Source of the DNA: a virus
Lineage: Duplodnaviria; Heunggongvirae; Uroviricota; Caudoviricetes
IMG/VR virus record: IMGVR_UViG_3300028833_000055
Span: 32,001 to 96,000 of that record
Reading direction: 5' to 3' (one strand)
Length of the DNA: 64,000 nt
Within the stretch, counting starts at the first letter, position 1. Every line of letters starts with the position of its first letter. Below the pieces are notes generated by a model that saw only the letters and a list, made by a program, of their open reading frames with translations, did no database searches and was not told the DNA's origin. Made by a program: the position numbers and the translations under genes. This document shows, piece by piece, positions 36,639-47,099 of the stretch.

Positions 36639-37352
36639 ATGGGAGTTTTAAAGAATTTGACAGACGAGTATTTCGGAAACGGGATAAGAACCGAAGACAA
36701 TATGATATCTAATCTCATCAGAAGATGTGTGGATGAAAACAGAAGAGACATATTCGTAAGACTCAACAAAGAATGGGGTGAAGATGGCAAGGAGATTCTG
36801 GTTTATCACAAAGACGCCACAATAAGTGAAGCGAAACTTATGAGTGTCGATGAGGCATTGGGGTTCTTCAAGCACGATAACAATATATTTAGGACTGACT
36901 ACCGGTGTCTTCACATAGAGAACTTTATGGCCACACCGGACACATACAAGGTAAGTACCTTCCATATGCTTCCGGAAAACATACAAGAATCTTTGACCGA
37001 AATGTTCGAGTTATACTGCAAATATCCCGAAACTATCAGTTTCTTTACACATATTATCTATAACCACAAGGAAGGCATAATAAACAATATTTTTCCTGGA
37101 GAACTCTGTAATTATAAAGGAGATGAATATTTTGAAGGTTTTGATGAATATGAGAATGGTGATGATGTTGTTGAATTTATAACGACTGACGGAGATTTCT
37201 TCTGTTATGATGACGAGAAGTATTCGTCCGAATGGGGAAATATCTTTAACAAGATATGCGAGGCGTTTGAGAACGAAGGATTCAAAGAGGCTTTGGATAT
37301 GTGTGACATAACTTCAAGCGAAAAAAGATTTTTCTTCGGAAAGATAAAATAA
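36639..37352 (+). CDS. hypothetical protein with MGVLKNLT leader
   Basis: Shared leader, unrelated body. Confidence 0.8.
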   Translation: MGVLKNLTDEYFGNGIRTEDNMISNLIRRCVDENRRDIFVRLNKEWGEDGKEILVYHKDATISEAKLMSVDEALGFFKHDNNIFRTDYRCLHIENFMATPDTYKVSTFHMLPENIQESLTEMFELYCKYPETISFFTHIIYNHKEGIINNIFPGELCNYKGDEYFEGFDEYENGDDVVEFITTDGDFFCYDDEKYSSEWGNIFNKICEAFENEGFKEALDMCDITSSEKRFFFGKIK

Positions 37353-37362
37353 AATACTGAAA

Positions 37363-38115
37363 ATGGGAATATTAAAGAACTTGACAGACGAGTATTTCGG
37401 AGAAATCGCAAGAACCGAAGATGGAAAATACATCACTGTACATGGATGTAAGGTATTGGTTCCAGTGGACTATGATGAGGAAAAGTTTCTTTCATATGTG
37501 GATGAACTGCTTGACACTGAATATTATGACAGTTATCCGGCGGCATTGATTGTACCATCGAGTTATATAAGAGAGTATGATGATAAAACAATAGTGAATT
37601 GTGACGGAGCATATCTTGTACTGTATAATTTTTCCGACATCGACAGTGAATATATACCGGAAGGTACGGATGAAAAACTATATGACTCGTTTATAAAATT
37701 CATGAAACATATCGCCGATGGTGTTAGTCTTATGATATACAGTTCCACCGGTCACATCTGTCTTGTGGATGAAAGTACTATGTATAATGACTTTGATATG
37801 CTGTTTTATGAAGCAGGTGTCGATGGGGATGAAAGTTATTGGTGTTTCAATGACCTTGTGGATATGTTCATTGAAGAATTTGGCGGCAAGGTTGACATAG
37901 ACAAGGACGACCTTGTGTTTATGTCATATAACAACTATGCATCAAATATTCTTTTACCGGTAGAAAGTTCGGATGATATCATCAATTTGAAAAGACTTAT
38001 GTACGCAAAGGAAATGACGGAATGGTGGGAAAGAGAATTTAAAGCCATAAAGGACGAAGGTGTATCGGATTATTTCGGTATCGACCCGCCTGAAGACGAA
38101 CCAGAAGACGAATAA
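37363..38115 (+). CDS. hypothetical protein with MGILKNLT leader (paralog of 35914)
   Basis: Shared leader and conserved blocks with 35914. Confidence 0.8.
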   Translation: MGILKNLTDEYFGEIARTEDGKYITVHGCKVLVPVDYDEEKFLSYVDELLDTEYYDSYPAALIVPSSYIREYDDKTIVNCDGAYLVLYNFSDIDSEYIPEGTDEKLYDSFIKFMKHIADGVSLMIYSSTGHICLVDESTMYNDFDMLFYEAGVDGDESYWCFNDLVDMFIEEFGGKVDIDKDDLVFMSYNNYASNILLPVESSDDIINLKRLMYAKEMTEWWEREFKAIKDEGVSDYFGIDPPEDEPEDE

Positions 38116-38118
38116 TCA

Positions 38119-38126
38119 CATAAATA
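38119..38126 (+). promoter_or_regulatory. CATAAATA late promoter
   Basis: Upstream of the fibre gene. Confidence 0.65.
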
Positions 38127-38150
38127 AATGTAGATAAAATATTTTGTTAT

Positions 38151-39968
38151 ATGGCAGCTGATAATATTAGAGAGATATTCAGAACCGACACTGTTGGTGA
38201 ATTTATGGATAAGTGCAACTGGAACTTCGGTATCATTTCAAGACTCGGCGGACCGAGAGGTCTTCAGGGTGAACAAGGTGAGACCGGAGCGAGGGGAAGA
38301 CGAGGAGCTATGATGCACGTCATAGACGGAGAGTCTATGTCCGGTATGGACTTTGACACGGATTCGGCCAATGAAATCCTTGAAAATCTCGACGAGGATT
38401 TGAGAAACGAGATTGAAGACGGTGATGTCGCCGTTTTCAGTAACGGATGGGTATGTGGTGTCAATGTCGAAAACGACTCCATAACCGTAAACGAACCCTT
38501 GTTCTCGATAGTGGGTCCACAAGGTGAAAGGGGAGCCACGGGTGCAAGTGGTGATACCTTGTTTACAGACACCGAAGATATGGCATCATTGAATGGCCGA
38601 AGACAACTGTTGATTGATAACACCATTTATTTACCATCAAATAATTCCAATAGTGGTGGTATTGTATTTTCCGAACTTGAAGAAGAAGGCGGTGTTTATA
38701 ATGGAATGACTAATACAAAGGCACATATCAACTTTAAAAACGATGGGTTGAGTATAAATTCAAATAATAACATCAGAATAGGTACAAGTAGTTCAATCAA
38801 TGAAATCAACTTTAATATTGGGAATGGTAATGATATAATGAAAGTTAACAATAACGGAGTTAATCTTTATAAGAGTTTGAATTTTAGTGCATCTACGGGT
38901 AAAATAACTAAAAGTGGTAATATAATAACTTTATACCAAGATAAGACACAATTTAACAAACCTATATGGTCTGATTCCATAATATCACAATATAATCAAT
39001 TCAGACTTAATAATTCTGTGGTGGGTACTATTGGTGCATATAGTAATAACGGTTTACTTATTTATAATCAAGAAAATGCATTTGTTATAGGTCCGCAGGC
39101 TAATGCACCTTATAGTTCAATCGTTTTTTCAGAACGAAATGATAATACGATGAATGGTTTAATTTTTACTAGTAAAGATTTTTCGGAATTTATTTATGAT
39201 TGGAGTCTCAATAATAGTAATTCTACAATAATATTTCAAGATAAAAATCTAAATAACCTTAACATAATAAAACATAATAGTAATAATCCCACCAATATCA
39301 TAACCATACAAAATAATTTAACAAATTTCTCAACACCTGTCAAGGGTATAGTCAACGGTGAATCTGTTTTTCTCGGAGTACCGACATACACTATGATGAC
39401 ATATCCGGATACACTTCCTGCACCGCAGGGATGGGCAAGATTTGAAGATAACTTGATTCTGTTTACCGATGGTACAAGTTATAATACAACAAGTTTTGAT
39501 ATTAATGCATATAATGACAGTGACTCGAATTTTTACATATATTATAACGATGGTGAAACTACTGGTTATCAAAGAATAATAGCGGTAAATACATTACCTT
39601 CCGACTTTGATGTCCAACCATCAAATAGTCAAAAAATAAGTTATAATTCCACACCAAAAAATACTGCCAGTTCAAAGGAATCTATGAGTGAAGTTCTTAA
39701 TATGTCAAGTAAATTAAATATCACCGAAAATAGTTTCGAAGCCATTCTTGCTTTTGCAAACACCAACGATAAAGGAACACCTGGTAGTGGAAATACTCCC
39801 TCGACAATTCCCGTATATGAAAATTTACTCAGAAAGATATTCAGAGACAGACATACTAATACTTACGAATTTGGTATGGGAAAAATAGTTTCCGACAATC
39901 AATTTGCATTCTATTTCCCAATGCCCGTTGCCCCGACCGGATTTACATATATCTTCAAGACGGCATAA
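38151..39968 (+). CDS. tail fibre / receptor-binding protein with collagen-like repeats
   Basis: GPRGLQGEQGETGARGRRG and GPQGERGATGASG; N/S/I-rich beta region. Confidence 0.7.
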   Translation: MAADNIREIFRTDTVGEFMDKCNWNFGIISRLGGPRGLQGEQGETGARGRRGAMMHVIDGESMSGMDFDTDSANEILENLDEDLRNEIEDGDVAVFSNGWVCGVNVENDSITVNEPLFSIVGPQGERGATGASGDTLFTDTEDMASLNGRRQLLIDNTIYLPSNNSNSGGIVFSELEEEGGVYNGMTNTKAHINFKNDGLSINSNNNIRIGTSSSINEINFNIGNGNDIMKVNNNGVNLYKSLNFSASTGKITKSGNIITLYQDKTQFNKPIWSDSIISQYNQFRLNNSVVGTIGAYSNNGLLIYNQENAFVIGPQANAPYSSIVFSERNDNTMNGLIFTSKDFSEFIYDWSLNNSNSTIIFQDKNLNNLNIIKHNSNNPTNIITIQNNLTNFSTPVKGIVNGESVFLGVPTYTMMTYPDTLPAPQGWARFEDNLILFTDGTSYNTTSFDINAYNDSDSNFYIYYNDGETTGYQRIIAVNTLPSDFDVQPSNSQKISYNSTPKNTASSKESMSEVLNMSSKLNITENSFEAILAFANTNDKGTPGSGNTPSTIPVYENLLRKIFRDRHTNTYEFGMGKIVSDNQFAFYFPMPVAPTGFTYIFKTA

Positions 39969-39998
39969 AAAAAGAGGTGAAATTCACCTCTTTTTTTT
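39967..39998. terminator. bidirectional intrinsic terminator
   Basis: AAAAAAAGAGGTGAA/TTCACCTCTTTTTTTT inverted repeat between convergent genes. Confidence 0.8.
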
Positions 39999-42900
39999 CT
40001 AAATCTTCTTTATCGTGAAACTGAAACCGAAGTCCTCCTTACATCCTTTCTTCAGATTATATGTTATACATCTGTCGAACTGGTTCTCCGTCATCTTCTT
40101 TATCGAGAAAGTATTGACTTTCTTCATATCCTTCGTGACCTTCACACTGTTATCTATAAGTATGAATTTCTTGTAGTTGTTCTCTATACGACTGTCGTGG
40201 ATACCGACCTTCTTCTCCTTCACCCACATTTCTATCTTGTCGAGGTAATAGAGTTTCATTATGTTCTTTTCTATGTATGAGGTTATGTCATCCGATATAG
40301 TGGTCTTGTCACCGTATGAATATTCCGGATTAACATATTCCTCGAAGACATACTTCAGACCACTCTCCCTTGCAAAATACCTCACTATTCTGTTATAGAG
40401 GAAAAGATAGAAACTTACAGATGTACCGTTGACCTCCTTACACATAATGTCGGACAACGATATTTTCGAACTCGTTATGAAGTCATCGTTCCAGTCTATG
40501 CATCTGTTGAATGTTTCTATGGTTATCTCCTCCGGTACATTCAGGTATTTGCTTCCGAACATAGACATCTTGTTGAGGGAACCGGATGTTCCAGCACACC
40601 TTTCCGTAGTCTTCTTGTCAACCTGTGTGGTGAAGTACTTGTCGTCCCAGTTGCTTTCAAAAATATTATAGTCCCTGTAGTCGAGTGCAAACTCACCTAT
40701 CGCCGGATAGAGCGGGTTCATAAGTTTTATTATCTTGTCCGGATAATATTCGTTCACCTTATGGAACCAGAGGTTCTTAATGAGTGCAAACTGTCCGTAG
40801 AAATCCTTGTATCCCAAATCGAAGGATGTGTTTGAATATTTGTATGTCGGAAAATCGTTATCTTCGAAGACCTCTTTTTCCACGAGTTTATAATATTTTC
40901 TGATACAAAAATATGAACTACTATATTGATTCACTTCCGATGGTAGAAATGGTCCATATGCGGTATTCCCATAGTCAAAATCATCCTCATTTGTCAATTC
41001 ATAACTATAACTTGTATATGTATCTGATTGAAGTTGATAATATTGCTCATTGAGATATATGTAGTCCTCATCTTCTGCGGTTACATTTTGAATATCCGCT
41101 CTATATGATGGAGAATATCCTTGCGGTATTTCTCCAAGTCCAATGGATTCATATGAATATTGAAGTCCATAAACACCCGTGACATAATAATATACAACCC
41201 CATCGGTGTAGTAATCGGAATCCGAATCACTTTCCGAACTCGGTCTTTCATATACCCTGACCAATTCCTGTCCATCAAGTTCATCTTCGTTTATTAGTAT
41301 AAAACCATAATTTGTCTCATAGACAAGTTTATATAACTTATCTATATAAAGTAAATATTCATTTTCATATGAACTATGTGTAAAATAACCATTATGGTCG
41401 TTGTCTTCGGTGAGTGGTGTATATATCACAGATGCATTGTTGGGAAAATCATCGTTTATTTTTTGATATCTATATACCGCTCGATAAAATTGATTAACAA
41501 TATATACAAACTCATCTGAATCTGAATTGGCGTCATAATAATCATCCGAATCACTCGAATCAATTAATGAATCCACTCTTACCGCTTCTGATGTGAACCC
41601 ACACTGTTCATAATAATATGATATATGTCTTTTGTAAAATTTAGAACTGTTAATACAAATATATTCGGGAGGAGGAGGGGTAGTAGTTATACTAGTCCAA
41701 CTATAATATGAAAGTAAATTATTATCATTCACTCCCAATTCAGCATATATACCACTATTCTCACTACTTGAAACTATTGTATATTCTTCACCTTCAATTT
41801 CTCCCTTTTCTATTTCAACATACCAATATTTAAGTTTACGTTCATAATAACTAGCATATGCTACATATTCATCAGAATTATCTTTTGGATTAGGTTTTTT
41901 ATCTAAAAATGTAGGTTCTTCACTCGAATCAATATCACTTTCATCTATCTCTTCATAATCAACCACCACACGCTTATAATATACTCTTTCACAGTATATA
42001 TAGTCCGGGTCTTCGGGTGTCGGGTCATTTGGAACATTCTCCATATATACATAATTGTCATTTTCTTCATTCGTTGGTACATAGTGATATGCCATATCAC
42101 CACTTTCTTTACACAAATAAAGTTCTCTGGTATATACATATTCAGCGGGGTCTTCCGAAGATGATGTGGGGTCATCGGGCACAGTTACAACCGGTTCCAT
42201 TACTTCTGCAATTTCAGTAGTTTCTTCCACCGTTTCATATGAAGATATTTTCTTATAAAAATCACTGATAATCGTCACATGGTCGGGACTACCCTCTGCC
42301 GCTACAGGCAATGTATAGTACTTATCACTGGTGTGACCTTCCGTATCAATTTCATCATACCAATAACTGGTCGTTGATGATTCCACAAGTTTATACAGTT
42401 CATCGGTATATATAAACGGACTGTCGTCAATAGAAGGTGATTCCGGTACAGAATCCCTTTTATCACAAAGCGATTCATTTACATCACTTTTGTCAACCGG
42501 AACATATTTATACTCCTTCCTGCTCATATATTCGGAATCGCTGTCAGAATCTTCTCCCGAGTCATCTTTCATACGATAGTCGTTATACATAAGTACCGGA
42601 TTGAAAATAGGATTGTAGTACCCCGAGTATCTGTTTATTGTCTTCAACACTATGTCGTTGGTATTGTTCTTCAAAGTTATTTTCGAACTTGCCGGTACAT
42701 TCTCGTTACTCTCCTGTACGATATACGGATTACCCATAAAAATATCATAGGTGTTGAATGAAATCGGGTCTTCTATCTCAATCTTGTATTTTCCATCGGT
42801 TGTGGAATAATAGTGTGTCATAGTCTCGTCTTCGAGTCTCTCCTTTATGGCACAAGTTGACAACGATTCATATATGCTGTAAAAATCCTTGAATACAAGT

Positions 42901-45900
42901 GAATCACCGGTTTCATCGGGTTTATCCTTGAATGTCAAGTCCACAACCAGTTTGGACAAATCCTCCGTCCTCATTGACTGGTTGTTCTCTGAATCGAATC
43001 CAATGGTATTATTTTCGACTTTTATACCGGTATATTCACGACCATATTCATAATCACTATTACGTATGACCATACTTGATATGCAATACTCATCGTCAAG
43101 ATTGTCTATTATTCTTATAATGGACTGGTTTACAATAACAAGACCATTAATTTTAAACCAATTATATTCATCTCTTTCAATTTCTTCAAACAAGGATTCA
43201 ATAGGAATATTCCTTAAAGTGATAAAATGATTATCACTTTCACTTTCACTGTCACTTTCACCTTCATCGAAATCGGGCAAAGTCAATAGTCCGTAACATC
43301 CCCCGTATATATACGCCTTACCGAAGTTATCTATGTTATATTTTGAACTGACATTGGAAGTATCCTTATCGAACATATTGACCAGTATGAAACCGACTAT
43401 GAACTTGAATGTATCGTTCTTTACGAAGTAAATGTCATCACTGTTGAATATCGAATTGAGTGCCACGGGTATGTATATGAAGGAGAACTTATAGTCGTTG
43501 TAATCCGTTCCTTCCATTTCCATATCATCGTCATTGACCTTCTTTATGTTGAATTTGACACCTCTGAACAAAGTGGTGGCGAAATGGTTCTCGTCACCGA
43601 ACTTCATCCTTGAATACTTCTTGTTGAACCTCTTGTCGTTGTCGGTCTTGTATGAGAAAAGTCTGTCGAAATTATCAACTTCGGTATCTTCAAAAAGTTC
43701 TATACATTTTTTCACACATTCATTATATACACCCCTTGAATCGTGTGTATAATTAATCATATCCAATATACCAATAGTGTCATTCACATACTGGTAGTCC
43801 ATATTTTCCTCCGTACTTTCATCCTCCGATGTCTTTTTCTTCACAAGATAATAGGGCATAGAATGGGTGTGTTCATTGATTGAATACTGATTGGAGAAAG
43901 TGTTTGAGGACAGATTGCTCGTTCCGAAAATCTTACTCATATTCAAACGGTACGGATTCTCACAACTGTCCTTCTCGTCGTCATAATAACCCCATTTGGT
44001 TATATAAGGAACACATTTGCTTACCGTTGAGAGTTCGGGTATGAAATTCTCCATAAAGTATTCGTATTCCGTGTCTATCGGCCTTCCACCATAGTCTTTC
44101 ATATAACCTTGTGCAAGTGTGGTGATTTTACCTCTGTTGTATTCACTACCACCATCATCGTTTTCCAACGAGTGTTCTTCAAGTTTCGCACATTCATTAT
44201 AAAACGCTTGGTAGATACCGTATGAAGAGAATACGGTGTCGAAGTCGAAATCCATAACCGGGAAGAAACTCAACACACCGAACTTCGGATAGAACCTGTC
44301 TATGATTTCAACCATATTGGTGTTAGACACATTCACATTCACACCCTTTTTATCCGTTGTCAATTCAAAGTAGTCAGACTCGACCTCACCGTTTTCGTTC
44401 ACATACGGAACACAGGAGAGTATCCTTGAATTTATCTTGTTCTCACCAATGGTCTTCAAATATCTGGTATCAAGGAATATGTCCTTGTCCTCCTTCTTGA
44501 CCTTGAACACACAGTCTTTCTTCTGGAAATCCTCATCCACATTGATGTCACTCTCATATACAGTGACTCTTCCGTTGTTTACCAACGACTCGTCCAACTC
44601 GATAACAAGGTCGGTGTGGTTGTATCCGACATAACTTATACACCTTATCACGACCATATTCTTGTCATACAAGGCCTGATACAACGCAAAACCGTCTTCA
44701 TATGATGTGTTTATACATTCACAGAGGGCTCTCACCATATCCTCGACCGAACCTTCGGCGGAAAACTTGGTACCCTCAAACTGTCCGACTGGCAGCGGAT
44801 TCTCATCATCGTCAGTAACCGCCGTGAACTCCTTGTATATTCCGTCTCCGAACCACAGTCTTATCTGCTCGCCCTGCTTGAAATTCTTGTTGACTTCAAA
44901 CGAGAACTTGCCGGACCTGTTAAAATTGTCAACCCTTTCACAGTATGAAGACACTCCGGTTTTTTCGAAACCACATACCGTTGACAAGTCAAAAATCTTG
45001 TCCACTATCTCTATGTCCAAAGTGTCGGTTTCACTGTCGCTTTCACCGACATAGTTCTTTATACTTGAAATCTGGTGCAAATCGTTGTTCTTGTCCTTTA
45101 TGTAGAAGAAAGTCTTTTCCTTTTCATTACCTTCGATATCAAGTCCACACAGTTCCTCGTCATAGTCCACGGTAAGTTCCACGGGATTTCCGACCAGCAG
45201 AGGACTGACTATATTCTCGGGTTTGTCCACCAGGTCGTGACGGACTTCAAATTCATAGAGGTCTATGTCATTGCAGTACATACCGAAATATCTTGAAAAC
45301 TCATAGTTTTCAGTATCATCGTCGTCAAACAGGAACTCCATATTGAAGATATACGGATATATAAGACCATTTCTCTTGTAACCGCTTGTAATCCACTCGT
45401 CGGAGTGCATTATCGTATTGTCGTTTTCAAGGAGTTCCCTCTTGAAATTCTCCTTCTTGGTGGTGAGTACGCCGTATATCTTGTCTATACCGTAGTACAC
45501 TATCTCATTCGTGGTGAAATTCACATACACCGACTTGTCGTATTCGAAATTTGACTGCTCGACATATTTCTTGATATAGCTTCCTATCGGAGTACCCTCC
45601 CTCAAGTCGAAGGACTTTATAATCTTGGCGTTCTTGAAAACATCTTCATAGAGCTTGAACTCAAAGTCCTTGAACTCTTCCGAATTCTCCTTACGGGTAA
45701 GATTGTAGTTACTCGGTCCGTCAACCTTGAATATGACGAAATAGTTGGGAAGTTTCTTCCTTATATACAACGGAGCTATGAAACCGAGCTCCTGCGGGTA
45801 CTGCTTCGAGTTTATACTCTCCACCCCGCACCAGTACATAGTCTCGAACTGCTTGTCGTAACTATCACAGATTGACATATCAGATTCCTTCTCAAACACA

Positions 45901-46151
45901 TCGTATGCAGAATCACCGCTGTCCGTCAAGAAATTACGGATATCCATATTGAACGGAGATGTTCTCTTCACCCTGAAATTCTTATATCTCTGTGTGGTCA
46001 GAAGTGGATTTGCATCGTATGATTCAAGATACAAATTCTTGCCGTCATACATCAGTTTTGTATTCGTGGTTAAAATAGGATTTGTTCTGACAAGCTGGAT
46101 ACTGACATCATCGTCAAGTCTCGTATAGTTTCCGTTGAATATCTTACTCAT
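39999..46151 (-). CDS. very large virion structural protein (2050 aa) with internal repeat array
   Basis: Late promoter at 46175-46182; acidic, Tyr-rich; no enzymatic motifs recognised. Confidence 0.75.
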   Translation of the reverse strand: MSKIFNGNYTRLDDDVSIQLVRTNPILTTNTKLMYDGKNLYLESYDANPLLTTQRYKNFRVKRTSPFNMDIRNFLTDSGDSAYDVFEKESDMSICDSYDKQFETMYWCGVESINSKQYPQELGFIAPLYIRKKLPNYFVIFKVDGPSNYNLTRKENSEEFKDFEFKLYEDVFKNAKIIKSFDLREGTPIGSYIKKYVEQSNFEYDKSVYVNFTTNEIVYYGIDKIYGVLTTKKENFKRELLENDNTIMHSDEWITSGYKRNGLIYPYIFNMEFLFDDDDTENYEFSRYFGMYCNDIDLYEFEVRHDLVDKPENIVSPLLVGNPVELTVDYDEELCGLDIEGNEKEKTFFYIKDKNNDLHQISSIKNYVGESDSETDTLDIEIVDKIFDLSTVCGFEKTGVSSYCERVDNFNRSGKFSFEVNKNFKQGEQIRLWFGDGIYKEFTAVTDDDENPLPVGQFEGTKFSAEGSVEDMVRALCECINTSYEDGFALYQALYDKNMVVIRCISYVGYNHTDLVIELDESLVNNGRVTVYESDINVDEDFQKKDCVFKVKKEDKDIFLDTRYLKTIGENKINSRILSCVPYVNENGEVESDYFELTTDKKGVNVNVSNTNMVEIIDRFYPKFGVLSFFPVMDFDFDTVFSSYGIYQAFYNECAKLEEHSLENDDGGSEYNRGKITTLAQGYMKDYGGRPIDTEYEYFMENFIPELSTVSKCVPYITKWGYYDDEKDSCENPYRLNMSKIFGTSNLSSNTFSNQYSINEHTHSMPYYLVKKKTSEDESTEENMDYQYVNDTIGILDMINYTHDSRGVYNECVKKCIELFEDTEVDNFDRLFSYKTDNDKRFNKKYSRMKFGDENHFATTLFRGVKFNIKKVNDDDMEMEGTDYNDYKFSFIYIPVALNSIFNSDDIYFVKNDTFKFIVGFILVNMFDKDTSNVSSKYNIDNFGKAYIYGGCYGLLTLPDFDEGESDSESESDNHFITLRNIPIESLFEEIERDEYNWFKINGLVIVNQSIIRIIDNLDDEYCISSMVIRNSDYEYGREYTGIKVENNTIGFDSENNQSMRTEDLSKLVVDLTFKDKPDETGDSLVFKDFYSIYESLSTCAIKERLEDETMTHYYSTTDGKYKIEIEDPISFNTYDIFMGNPYIVQESNENVPASSKITLKNNTNDIVLKTINRYSGYYNPIFNPVLMYNDYRMKDDSGEDSDSDSEYMSRKEYKYVPVDKSDVNESLCDKRDSVPESPSIDDSPFIYTDELYKLVESSTTSYWYDEIDTEGHTSDKYYTLPVAAEGSPDHVTIISDFYKKISSYETVEETTEIAEVMEPVVTVPDDPTSSSEDPAEYVYTRELYLCKESGDMAYHYVPTNEENDNYVYMENVPNDPTPEDPDYIYCERVYYKRVVVDYEEIDESDIDSSEEPTFLDKKPNPKDNSDEYVAYASYYERKLKYWYVEIEKGEIEGEEYTIVSSSENSGIYAELGVNDNNLLSYYSWTSITTTPPPPEYICINSSKFYKRHISYYYEQCGFTSEAVRVDSLIDSSDSDDYYDANSDSDEFVYIVNQFYRAVYRYQKINDDFPNNASVIYTPLTEDNDHNGYFTHSSYENEYLLYIDKLYKLVYETNYGFILINEDELDGQELVRVYERPSSESDSDSDYYTDGVVYYYVTGVYGLQYSYESIGLGEIPQGYSPSYRADIQNVTAEDEDYIYLNEQYYQLQSDTYTSYSYELTNEDDFDYGNTAYGPFLPSEVNQYSSSYFCIRKYYKLVEKEVFEDNDFPTYKYSNTSFDLGYKDFYGQFALIKNLWFHKVNEYYPDKIIKLMNPLYPAIGEFALDYRDYNIFESNWDDKYFTTQVDKKTTERCAGTSGSLNKMSMFGSKYLNVPEEITIETFNRCIDWNDDFITSSKISLSDIMCKEVNGTSVSFYLFLYNRIVRYFARESGLKYVFEEYVNPEYSYGDKTTISDDITSYIEKNIMKLYYLDKIEMWVKEKKVGIHDSRIENNYKKFILIDNSVKVTKDMKKVNTFSIKKMTENQFDRCITYNLKKGCKEDFGFSFTIKKI
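40872..42512 (-). repeat. array of ~12 degenerate ~40-50-aa Tyr-rich protein repeats
   Basis: Recurring YxY[EV]x[IV]...P..P...[DE]Y[IV]Y...[LFY]Y[KR] units. Confidence 0.6.
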
Positions 46152-46191
46152 AAAATTGTGTGTTTATGTATAGTTATTTATGGTATTAAAT

Positions 46192-46224
46192 AAAAAACGG
46201 GGTTTGCAAACGCAAACCCCGTTT
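46192..46224. terminator. intrinsic terminator
   Basis: AAAAAACGGGGTTTGC-AAAC-GCAAACCCCGTTT. Confidence 0.75.
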
Positions 46225-46244
46225 CGGTTTTTCAATTTGATAAG

Positions 46245-47087
46245 TTACTTTTTCAGTTTGTCGATAATTCTTTCTATGAAACTCTTTTCGTTCTCAAGTT
46301 TTTCCTTGTACTTGTTCAGAAAATCGGACAACATCACACCATACCTTCTGTCAATTTCATCGAAAGTATTCGTAAGGTTCGATGTTATAAGTTCCTTTTT
46401 CTTATACTCCTTGAACCTCAATATAAGACACTGCATAATAAGTATGAATTGAGTGTAGTCCATCATTCCGTTCATACCTCTGTAACGACATTCATACGAC
46501 TTCAATGTCTTCAAGAAGGAATCTTCCGATATATAAGGTTCGTCGTCCAAGTTACACTCGACTTTCAGTTCGGACGTTTCCGGCAGATTTATGGTGTAAC
46601 CGACGACAACATCCATTTTTCTATCGTTGATGATAAGTTTACCGATTCTTTTCAGATATTCACTTACTTCATACATATCACGTGAATAATCCGTTTTCCA
46701 GTCATCGGAAACTTTCTTTCCTTTGAAGATTTTCAGAAACTCACCTTCAAACGGAAAAGTCAATGTAAAGTCTTTTGGTGGTTCTTCACGAAAATACCTT
46801 CTTATACGAATGGTAATAGTAGATGAAGATTTTCCATTCAAATGTATCGACTTTATCCTTTCAAACTCCTTGTTATGCTCTTCTGTGGAATCAAATTCAA
46901 CACGCTTATACTTTGCATACTTGTTCCATCCACCACCATCGGGGTTGCCGATATATGTACCACTATCCGCTTCCACGAAATTACCGTACTCGTCATAGAT
47001 GTTGTGTGTGTCACAACTGTCATTTATCAGGTCGAACATTATCCGACCGTCAGTCTTTCTTCTTATTTTTTCAAAACTCCAACTCAT
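46245..47087 (-). CDS. hypothetical protein
   Basis: 280-aa ORF in - strand operon. Confidence 0.7.
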   Translation of the reverse strand: MSWSFEKIRRKTDGRIMFDLINDSCDTHNIYDEYGNFVEADSGTYIGNPDGGGWNKYAKYKRVEFDSTEEHNKEFERIKSIHLNGKSSSTITIRIRRYFREEPPKDFTLTFPFEGEFLKIFKGKKVSDDWKTDYSRDMYEVSEYLKRIGKLIINDRKMDVVVGYTINLPETSELKVECNLDDEPYISEDSFLKTLKSYECRYRGMNGMMDYTQFILIMQCLILRFKEYKKKELITSNLTNTFDEIDRRYGVMLSDFLNKYKEKLENEKSFIERIIDKLKK

Positions 47088-47099
47088 ATACTGTTATTT

